Of a stretch of 64,000 nt of DNA, positions 53,759-64,000 are shown one piece after another. The number at the start of each line of letters is the position of its first letter. The first letter of the stretch is position 1. The position numbers and the translations under genes were made by a program. The notes beneath the pieces were generated by a model. That model was not told the origin of the DNA. It saw only the letters and a list, made by a program, of their open reading frames with translations, and searched no databases. The stretch comes from Laetmonice hystrix (Eukaryota), in the NCBI GenBank assembly GCA_965235115.1, contig OZ249444.1, positions 9,548,001 through 9,612,000 of the forward strand, in the 5' to 3' direction.

Positions 53759-54459
53759 TCAGCCACCTGACGGCCGCTATCAACACGCCGCCAGCCCACA
53801 CCGCCCTTCCTGCCCGCGACACCTCCACCTGCAAAAACAGGCCCGCGCAAAGCCAATTACCGCTCCGACTTCCAAAAAGACCTTCCACCTTGCAAAGACG
53901 ATGGTGTCTGCATTTGAAGCATTAGAAATGTACCCGTCTTCCCCCTTTCCCAAAATTTGCAGCAGAAAGAAAGTGTTGTATTTAGCAAAGACCTGGCCCC
54001 CAGAATTAAGAGCTGTTGGTCTGCCATGTGTAGGTTTGAGTGACATGCAAACAAACGGCGCTGCGCCAGAGATGGTCCGAGTCTGTTTGAACAAACTGCT
54101 CACCATTTGTAAATGACCACCACTGACCGCTTGGCCAACAGTACAGGAACTGCCCTGTCGTCAAAGCGTGACTAAAAACCTTTTCACTCATTTCAGACCG
54201 TGACAACCAATTTTCTAACCAGGAAACTGATGAGATTTTCGTAATGAATGTTACGCTGTAGTAGGTAAGCTATCACCGAGGCATTAATTTCTTTCAAACC
54301 TAATTCAGGACCGTGTAAGTCATATTCTTTTGCAATTTACTACAAATAAATCTTCCCTGTAATACATTGAAAACTACATAACACCCACCCTCACAAAACA
54401 GACCCTGTCACAAGTATGTAATACTCATAAACAATATTCTACACTGCCTAATATTGTCT

Positions 54460-54640
54460 GATTCCATGCAACGTCCCAAGCCCCAACAACAACAGATGAT
54501 AGAGATTGCAGATCATAGAGGGCGTACGCCTCTCTGATGTGTCAACCGAAGCCTTGTCTGTCCAGCACCGACATCACAGAGAACCTCATCATTGGAGATG
54601 GCCGTGACTTTAACAACACAATAGGCCTTGCCTTGTTATA
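54460..54640 (+). mobile_element. Possible decayed APE endonuclease (L1/Tx1-like LINE) fragment
   Basis: NVPSPNN (cf. NVYAPN) followed about 37 codons later by NLIIGDGRDFN (cf. IIGGDFN). Weak. Confidence 0.22.
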
Positions 54641-55329
54641 GACCTAGCCAACATGTTGGTCCAAACGAATGGACCACAAAAAAGGCCAAAGGCCCGGGGG
54701 CTTGAGTGTAGCGAGTCTCTCGGATCATCCTCAGCTTTGATAGGTGAGGAGACCCCGCCAACATTAGCCAATGGGGCCAGGCGAGTTTAAAACGCACCAC
54801 ACACTCTGACCTCGTGTCATTTCTTTGTGGCTTTCAGGTACACAGTCAAACTTTGATCCTAAATTTTCGGTCGGCATGCCTCGGTCTAATAGAACATGGC
54901 AAGCGTCCAGACATGTCTGTTCGTCCGATTAACCTAAAATAGCCACAGCGAGGATGGTTTAGTGTGAGTCCCGTCAGACATCCACTGGCTATGGACCATC
55001 TATATAATCTATGGCAGTAAGTTAATGACCTTCACAACGACTGGATCGTTCTTTAAAACCAAATAATGGGGCGCTGAAACCTCGCAAGCTGTGTTCAACC
55101 AAACATAAACTGCCTGGTTTACCATATACCACGGCACGCTAGGATTCCAGATAAGCAAATGCTGCAAAAATAATTAATCGTTTTGAGAAAAAAGTCTTAT
55201 CAGATCCATTGAAGATTGCAGCAAGGAGAGTGAAATGACAAAGTGAACAGAGTTAAGTGATCAACGGAATGCATACAACTTTATTACGTGATGCATGCAC
55301 TAAATGGCAGAATGCCATTGCTGACAACC

Positions 55330-55485
55330 AAAACGTCTAGCAGACACTCACCATGAGCTATTGTTGGATTTAGAAAATGGTGCTGTGCTTTATATAATGT
55401 TGGTAAAAAAACAGGGCACGCCAGGCATATAATGGAATATGATGTATGTGTCTAGTGGCTTTACGCCAAAGTACCTCATTTAACA
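55330..55485 (+). mobile_element. Possible decayed CR1-like RT fragment
   Basis: One frame reads ...VGFRKWCCAL...DVCV*WLYAKVPH (cf. GFRK.RSC..AL...AFDKVPH). Weak. Confidence 0.2.
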
Positions 55486-57007
55486 TAGGTAATAATAATT
55501 CATGAGCCACGTTTAGATCCGTACTGTGATTCTCCACAAATTATCCCGTTTGAGAAAAGTGCACAATGGCCCCCAGCTCTTTCCAATATCGACCCTCATG
55601 TGCTTAACCTGCACGAGGTGTCTTTGATTCTATATCCGCAATTGGCATGCCTTAAAAGATCATTTTGAAATAGAACACCTCATTTGGAATTCTATCATCC
55701 CCCATTACGGCTAGGATGGTTTCGACCCCCCGAGTTTTAGAGCTTATTCCCTGTAGGGCTGCCTGGCGCCACTCTGTCTGGCGTACCCATTTGCCGCGTT
55801 TGTTTGTCTGTCACAGTGCCAGGGCAGGTTCTATGTATTTGTTGCAGTGTCAGACGCCAATCAATAACCAATCAATAACCATTAATCATTCATGGTTCCT
55901 CCCGCCGTGGCTATCATATCAGGCCCCTCGTCTCTACACCCTGTGGCTGACGACCCTTCCTAACCACTCTACGTAACTGACGCCACGCAATGCTAAAATC
56001 AATTCTAAATTCCCTGTAAAAAACAAACCACGCCCTCTACCGGGAAAGGTGTTCTGTAAAGGAAATCCGTTAGACGATTGAAGGACGACTTTTCGTCAGT
56101 CTTTTGTTCCACAATATGTCTGATCCCTACCTATTTTGACAACCATTCATTTTTCCTTACCAAAAATGATATTACTGGAATAAAAAGAAAAATATATATA
56201 CGATACAATATGCAGTAAAAAAAGGCCAGGGTAGCTTAATTGATTAGGAAACATCGTTTCAAAACGTCAGAGTTTTTCATGTACGTAATCGTAGGAGATA
56301 AATTTGCATTCTCGTCTATACTTAAGTTGTTTTTCTCGTATCACCCCCATAAAAAACGGAAGAGATACCACATCCCACGTCCTTGACAGCTGTCAATTCA
56401 TCAGAAACAACAGCTGTCCCCAAAGTCCCTGGAACATGCATTTTCAAACTGCAATTAGTGAACAAAAAAATGTTGTAGTGTTAAAGCGAAAAAACCTCAG
56501 ACTGTAATTATCCGTTCACAACTAGTTTTCGGCAAAAGTTTTCCCTCGTCTAAATTGACTTTCCTTAACTAGCCCAATCACTTTCCTCTGTGGTATATTT
56601 TTTCACACTTTTACACAAGCTTGGAAATGTAATTGTTTTGCGTCAGTCGGCTTCCTATTGCTTGGTTATCGAAACACTCGTTGCCTAACGCTCATTCTTC
56701 AGTTGACAATTGAAATTATTTGGGGTGTTACCAGGTTAGGAGTGAATGGCGACCGATTTAACCTTCTGCCACCAAGCAGTATTATAGGGCAGGTAAGTGT
56801 TCAGCGGGGACACCTTAATCTACTAATCTAGTAATGATTTCAGTGTTCTACTTTGTCTTCAGACCATGTAATACCCTCATCAGCCATCAATGGGTGTGAT
56901 CAGATTAGGGCTATCTCACTGTAAGCCGCTTCCACTGATTGGCAACAACACTGCTTAAATCCAATCAGACACCTAGGGGCGGCTGTAACCCACGCCCGGG
57001 TCGGCCA

Positions 57008-57199
57008 ACGTAACGTTACGTCATAGGGTTGTTACGTAACACGGCCACGTGCCTTACCGCTCTGTCGCTGCTCAACACCCACCTGCTTCAACCTCAAGTA
57101 CCCTTAATGAGATAACGGTTCAAGTAGCTGTTGACCAGTCATGGTGTTACGTAACCCTGCGGCTCACCCAGGGTGTTCTCGGGTGACCTCAGGTGACCT
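57008..57199. promoter_or_regulatory. Cluster of PAR-bZIP/D-box palindromes, an E-box and a perfect DR4 nuclear-receptor element
   Basis: GTTACGTCAT 57015-24; GTTACGTAAC 57031-40 and 57146-55; CACGTG 57046-51; TGACCT-CAGG-TGACCT 57184-99. Confidence 0.45.
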
Positions 57200-57270
57200 C
57201 AGGTCGCCTCCACGCCTTCTCGGACCATGTGGTCAATGCAACACAGTCACAACCAGACGAGAGATTTAAA
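57058..57270 (-). other. Candidate non-coding first exon of mbl (5' end approximate)
   Basis: Minus-strand CTATAAAT at 57301-57294, GC-box-rich island at about 57620-57660 upstream, and donor GCG|GTAAGG at 57058/57057. Inference only. Confidence 0.25.
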
Positions 57271-59176
57271 AAAACGCATAGAAGCACGTCGCGATTTATA
57301 GGTCTAATATACTGCTTCCTTTGACGGCCGTGTTTTTCAGACTTATAGCTCACAGATGCCATGCTGCCTGATTTGTGAACATGCCCCCCTAATCGTCCCT
57401 TCCCCCCAGAAGCTGACAGATTCTAGGACTTGATTTCAAGGCCGACCCCCCTAAAGCCTGTGATTGATCAGCCTGCGGTCCTCCCTGGCTGTGGGCTGTT
57501 CAGGATGTGAGTCGTTAGCCGCCGGTGCCCCAAGCCAGTCGCTAACTTTACCCCGAGGGTAGCCTGGACAGCTGGAACAGTCACTCTTCCTTGGCGTGCT
57601 CAGGGTGAATGCCCGACGCGCGGGGGTGGGGGTAGTGGGGCGGGCGGGGGGCGGCCCGACCACACCGGTGCCAGTATACCGGTCGGTGGAGCCGGTTGGG
57701 GTGCGCCAAACCCCAACTATTCACCGCCACCCGGCCAGGATTGCGCGCCTTTCAGGCCAATAATATCTCATTTTGCTTCCCGCCTACAAGGCGCAAGAGA
57801 CTACGCACGCTGCCGGATTGAATTGTCAAGCAAGGTGTGCACACGAGGCCGGCCACCGATGGCTTTCTCTGATTCAATCTGACAGCAAGGAGCACCAGTT
57901 AGGTGTCAGCGGCCGTGATGCAGCGCCCACTATAGGACACAGCTACACCATATTGATGACGACCACGTGCACATGGCATCAGCGACCAAATTCTCATCAT
58001 GCAGTGTATTGAGATATCCTCATTTGGGCACGATTCACTGAATGCACGGCATGGGTCGGTTCCGTGCTGGCAGAGTTAGCTCTGATGAACCAATGGTTCC
58101 ATTGATTGCCGCCTGCTCTCTCATGGCGACACGTGTCAGAAGTCATTTCATTCTATCGAGGATCTCCTTTTTAACCGTCTGTGTCGAGTTGTTTCCTGTT
58201 ATTGATGAAATGATTGCAACATCTCCGTGACTAGTTACTGGTCCCCGGATCTACTAGTCCCAGTGTATCATTGGACCCCGGTAAATTGGACCTCATGTTG
58301 CCTTTTTCTCGACGTTACCTCCCCATAGAGAAAGATCACTCATGAACAACTGGCATTATACTTCGGCTGCCCACCAAAATAATTTACATCTTATTGGCCG
58401 GTAAAAAAGCCTGCTCATATCGTGGCTCATATATTTCGAATCCCCGATGTAGACGGTTCCCCACAAAGTACATTTACCGTCGCTGCCCACGCATCTCACA
58501 CACCTCAGCGTGTACACACTGATGGCCTCTTTGAATGGTCCTTTTCATCGTGAATTTAGCTATTCACCCGTCGCCAGGACTGCTGTCTGGCCCGTCCTCA
58601 CTGGCCCTTTCAACTACCCTTCAACACTTGTATGCATCACAGGCAATGTTTAGCTGGCCACATACATTACTGCATAATGTCATACATAAAATGTGCGCCC
58701 TGGACAATAGCACGCCCTCCATACCTCACTGAGGTTTTACTGCTGCGGCCTGGGCCCATGCGGCCCCCATAATACCTGCCCCTGGTATATAGAGCATGAC
58801 ATTATTACCATTACTCACAATCAAACTTTGGCAACCGGCATTTAATCAAAACAAACTCAACAAACGCTTCCAACAACAGTCGAGACCAACACTGGAGTTG
58901 CGTTTAAAAAAAGTGTATCTCTTGGTCACTCATGCATGTCGAGATGAGTAATGAGTTCTGCGGTTCCGTACCTTGGCACTTAAACCAGGTGATCGTGGAT
59001 GAGTCACCCCCACCTCGCCTCTGCTTGAGGAAAACACCTTTGTGTGCCACTACAACCAACCCTTGTTGTGGCCCAGCCATCGAGGTGCCCCAAAATATTC
59101 AAAACTCTCTGGTCATAAATGAGACGACACTGTTGGACATGCATAGCGACTACTAATCCAATGTCCTCTTCATTAA

Positions 59177-59242
59177 GATGACCCCAGCAAGATGACCCAA
59201 GAACGATGACCCCGGCTTGGTGACCTCACCAAGATGACCTCT
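59177..59242. repeat. Degenerate 14-bp array x5 with constant G(A/G)TGACC core
   Basis: TGACCY at 59179, 59193, 59207, 59221 and 59235, exactly 14 bp apart, with variable intervening bases. Confidence 0.75.
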
Positions 59243-59835
59243 GCCCGTGGCCATGAAAATGCAACAGGCCGCTATGCATGACTGGCATTTTTGGTCCCCT
59301 GACCTAGATTTGCCCTTGAACTGACACAAACCACTTGCAATAAGGGTGATATAGTGCTCAAAATGAGGGGTTTCATATGTTAAGATCATCAGTATCTAGG
59401 CCAAGCCAGAGTGTCTAAAATCCTGACCTGAAGTTCACGGCCGTTTTCATTTATTGGGTGAATAACAACTTTTAACTTAACCCATCACGACAATGCTGGC
59501 TGACCAAACGTTTCCACTGCTATTCTATGGCATAAAAATCCACAAAATATTGTTATCGCTCATGCCACCACTGACTATGATGTAAGTGGTAATGCTGGGG
59601 TCGCAAGAATGTATGACATTCAGGTCCCACGGAATTCCCCTCAAACCAGCAAAACTCAACATTCAATTTCATAAGGACTAGTGTCACCACTGACTTCAAT
59701 GTCAGCCTCGAGTGGACCAAGCCACAGTCCCTGTCATGAAACATTGACTATATTGGCTGATATCCACGTTGTCCGGGTCTTTTCAAAATGGCCGAGTCGT
59801 TTACCGCTTCCACTGCTCTTCCTCTGATAGGGACC

Positions 59836-59852
59836 TGACCTACATTACGTAG
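59836..59852 (-). promoter_or_regulatory. RORE consensus overlapping a near D-box
   Basis: Minus strand TAATGTAGGTCA fits WAWNTRGGTCA; overlaps TTACGTAG at 59845-52. Confidence 0.3.
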
Positions 59853-60419
59853 TCACCCGCCCGCCGAGCCGGACGACCGACCACCAGATACTGGAATCTT
59901 CCTGCCCGACACCGTCCTTGTTGTATCCGCCCCAGTTGCTGTCACTGGGCCAAGTCTGCAGCCAGCTACACAAACAAACCGACCCGCTGCACGGTCACAA
60001 ACACGGACAATTGATCTGTATGTAAATGTTGCCGTAGGATTACCACAAGGTGGATATATCTATGAAACTAAAAAGGTAACGGTTCTAGAAAGTGAAATGG
60101 GAGCCCCAAAGGGGGCCACATTGTCTTTTAACAAAAGGTCCTCATTAAGTATTTTTGTTTCAACAATGGTGGACACAACATCGAGGTGTCATGCAGTCAT
60201 GTGTTAACGTACGAGGCTGAACACCTTTGTAATGTTTGCTACCGCTGCAGCAACATTTGCAATACGAAAACTCCAATATGTCATGGAGTATAAATACATA
60301 ATGGATCGATTGACAGGATGTTGCTCAGGTCGTCCGGCTTGGGACACAATCCATAATTCATCAACTCTGGTGCACTGATCAGCAACCTCAAGAATGTTTT
60401 CAACGCCTAAAGCGTCTCA

Positions 60420-60900
60420 AAAGGTGTGAGCATAGTTCATCATGCCCAGGCAGGTCAGAATATCCCCATGAGTTTTGCAAAATAAATGTGCTTCTTTTCA
60501 CCCTCGAAGTAACCCCTTCTGTTTTGGAGGTTACACTGAAGTAACAAGTATACAATACCCTAGTCCCATAGGAACACACGCTGAACTGGCCACTCTTCCC
60601 GCATCAAATATTCACCAGGTTTTAACTGCTGACTCCACCAGCAGGGCGCACCACTGGTGCAATGAGCTTCAGGCAGGTGTGCTGGGCAACACTTACAATG
60701 TTGATAACGCGGTGATGGATAATGGCGGCCCCAACTGCTGACATTAGGATAAATGTCGCTGCCACAGTCAACCCTAAATTTGCCACACCTCTCGCATTAT
60801 CACGCATTGAATTATTCAGGTCAAACACCACATACGCATATATTTTCCCAACTTTCAGGTTGGTTGTAGTGATCACAGACTACATCTCGCTGCCTTTCCT
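60420..60900 (-). mobile_element. Decayed Ty3/Gypsy RT remnant
   Basis: Ordered motifs across frames: KVGKIYAYVVFDLNN, RHYPSP, CVPMGL and CLGMMNY (cf. GKIRICVD..DLN, HYPLP, RMPFG, FLGMVNY). Deletions are implied. Confidence 0.35.
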
Positions 60901-63900
60901 TGGGAAGCAATTCTTGCTTGCAATATTCCATCATCACCCCTGTATTCTTTTTTAGATTTACAATTAATTACTTTGAAGGAGTCGACGGATTTCACCATAT
61001 CTTACAAAATCCGTTTACAGACACAGCAATGGTGACTTTAGAGTTGGTCTGATGTTCTGAATGATTCCGAACCGTACGGGGCCTAGATGAGGCCAATGAC
61101 CTCAATGGGCCATTTCATTTCTTTCAGGTCCTTCGAGATCAGAAAGCAGAAAACAGCCCTTTCCGGTCAGCAGTCTTTAGGCGGCTTTGCCAGCATGATG
61201 TTGCTGTCAGGACGATGGTCGAATGTCTAAGTGCCATATCAGGCGATCCAGCCCTCAAGAGCTGCAATAATTCCCAACATGGACATCTGTTAGGATTGGG
61301 GTGAGGCGTGCTATGTAGCGGGGGCCATCCTGTGTGGCGTGCTGGGGGTTACGGTTAACACTCCTACAGCCCCTCCACGCCGCCGCTCCATCCTAGCAAA
61401 TGTAATTTGCTGGAACGGATGACATATATGACTACCTGGTTGTCTGGCTTGGAACTTTTCAACAGCATTTCTTCCTAACCCAACACACATCTTGTCTGAA
61501 GGTTGAGGATGCAGACTTGGGCGGTCAGGCCCGCCTCAAAAGCGCCTGCCCCTTGCATAGCAACAGGGAACACTTCAATGGCACAACTGCTTTAGCAGTC
61601 GACGCACACGGTCAGTTTGCTGACCATGTCTGGTGGCTCGGGCCAATAAAAATTCATTTATGTGTGTGGGCCTGGCAGGTTTGGCCTGTGTGCCACCGCG
61701 CAGTCTCCGCTGGCAGCCAGTTGCAGCCTGTCTACATTAGGTCCACAAGTGCCTAACTCAGAGACTGCCTTCGGGGGGGGGGGGGGGGGGGGGGGGCTGC
61801 ACCAAAAGATACCTCGTGGATTCTGTTCCACCGAAGCTGTTATTAACTGAATTTCTTGTAACATCTTCAAATTAGAGGACAAAGATAAAAGGCTTGATTT
61901 CCACTTCGTGGGAGCATTATTGAAATAATGCTACCAAAGATCTGAAGAGCCAAGGATACAAGATCATTTAAAGAAAATATAGGCAGAAATAAAGGGAAAT
62001 TTACCCCCATCTTTTACAATTCTCTCGAAAAACTGTGGCGGTGAGGGTTGATTGGTTGGGGGTGTAAGTTGAGATAGAGAGACACGCCCTAGGAGTGTGC
62101 CAACTGGAGGGTTAATTCACGAGTAGGAGCCGAGCAGGAATGTAGGCAATGTTATTGGAAGGAGTGGAAGTGCCTGCCATCTACAAATCATCATCATTTG
62201 GACCGGTGGCCTGTTGATAGTCGGATCACGCCCGGCTCGGTTGCCGGCCGGCCCGGCTCAGCCCGCCTGCCCGGCCCGGCTGACCATCCCCGCGCCACAT
62301 GGCTGTCTGTCTGCAGCTCATCTCAACTAATCAACTACAGCGCCCGAATTTTAAAAGCAACACTCTATCGATTCAAATGACGGCGCCAGAGCCGGCTCGC
62401 TTTATTGGGAATTCTTCTTAATAACTCCCCCAGTAGAAAAAAAACCTTCCACTGTGCGGCTTACATCGTGTCCAAAATACGGGTGAGAAATAAAGTATAG
62501 GTTCTGTTAAATCTAATACCGGTAAGAGCTAAAAAACTTGGCTATAAATCAAATAAACGATGCTACTCATGCCTCGACTGATAATATATGTAGATGTAGC
62601 ATATATTTATTAGACATCCCTGCTGGTTTCACCTCCCACATGTACTGGTTCTCAGACACAGTATAACCTCTCGCCAGAACTGCAGCAGCACAACTTGTGC
62701 ATCTCGAAGCCAAATTGCCGAGCACACCTTCTACCACAGAGAGGTATGGTTTAGGCCGCTGTCTGGCCAACATATCCTCCCAGATTTTCTACCAATCCAG
62801 CCGCAAGCTCTACCCAAGTTCAATGGGCCCATGAATGTGATTGATGATCTGAGCCTACAGAGGTTACCATAGCTGTACGTAACGAGGGCAGAGCTGGGGG
62901 TGGGGGTGCGGGTTGGCAGGCAGGTATTGTGTGGGTGTTGGTTTTTGCCTGTCATGTGACAGTTGGTGGCGTTGCCGTGAGGGGGTCACGGGCTGGTCTT
63001 ACTGTATAGTGATGGATGGTACCCCCTCTCCTCTTTATACGCCGACACCAAACGATTTTTATCCAGTCTACAATGTTTACTGCAATCTCTGAGTCATCGA
63101 CCTATAACCTCATTCTCGCCCTAATCAGGTCAACTTCCCTTTTTTTCATTTAAGCTTAATTGAGTTGAAATTGCTTTCCGCCAACATTGCGCCCATTTCA
63201 GATGGTTGAAGGTGGCATGGCTCAATATACGACACTATGGCGAAGACGTTATCTGGAAACCCCTGTCTTCACCAAAGTTGGTGTGTTAACCTAAAATTCA
63301 AGAATCTCAGAATATGTCTTTTCACAATTCAAAACTTCTCTCGTCGAAGTTATCAAAGATCTATCAAGATGTGCTTGGACTCGAGCGTGCGATACCGTTT
63401 TGTCGTTTGAAAGTTTCCCATAATGATGTCAACTTCCGACTGACACGGAATCACCCGCTTTCTCTCTGGCTGGCCCGAGTACTGTGCCGCCGAATTAACA
63501 CCGTCCTATACCCAGCTTCCCCCTGTTTGCCTTGAACGGTGGGTTGGTAGCGCCACCTGTGTAAACTATGGCGAAACCTGAACCACATTCATGGTTTTGT
63601 TCACATCACAGCCCGCCCCTGCCCCACTTGTCAAGGTTCTAGAGGAAGGAGGGGGTGAACTTCTTTGCCCCAATCTAGGGCGCCCGCAGTTACCCTGATC
63701 TAACATCCTGACCTGGGGGCTATGATATGTTCTACAGGGTTTCTATTACAATGCCATGTGGGCTTTAGAACAAGTTGTCTACACTTCAAATCCTTTAGCA
63801 GGCTTTGCCATCCTCGATCTGTTGACATTAAACTTACACAGACTTGCACCACCTCAATGTCTGTTTATTGTTTCAACAGCATATTTGAATTTTGCTTATA

Positions 63901-64000
63901 GCCGTTATTTTATATTAATATTAATATCACAGAATAGTTGTTCCCTTTAGAGCCAGGCCTGGCGTATTACTGCCAGATTTACATGTCTTATCTAAATCAC

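Noticed and set aside
54500-54545. Ankyrin-like ADHRGRTPL
   Set aside because: Immediately followed by a stop, with no second repeat or splice context.
44245-56798. Perfect plus-strand donors AAG|GTGAGT (44248) and CAG|GTAAGT (56793) as evidence of an antisense gene
   Set aside because: Chance occurrence is about 0.5 per 9-mer in this window, and no matching coding exons were found.

Overview
Animal (non-vertebrate bilaterian, possibly lophotrochozoan) genomic DNA, mostly non-coding. The window lies largely within the muscleblind (mbl/MBNL) gene on the minus strand. Two coding exons are clear. The ATG exon (CDS 43616-43428) encodes CCCH finger 1 and the first Cys of finger 2. The next exon (2970-2803) encodes the rest of finger 2. 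They are joined in phase 0 across a 40,457-bp GT-AG intron. A strong acceptor at 44045 makes the ATG exon 618 nt, with a uORF-rich 5'UTR; this matches the exon that forms circMbl/circMBNL1 in fly and human. The rest is intronic or upstream sequence containing several minisatellites (25, 97, 144/78, 36, 54, 37, 14 and 12 bp units), heavily decayed LINE and Ty3/Gypsy relics, many poly-G/C runs, and GC-rich islands with candidate regulatory motifs (notably a PAR-bZIP/E-box/DR4 cluster at about 57.0-57.2 kb). Almost all other listed ORFs look spurious. No prokaryotic features, CRISPR, rRNA or tRNA were found. All motif and splice calls were made by eye and need computational or RNA confirmation.
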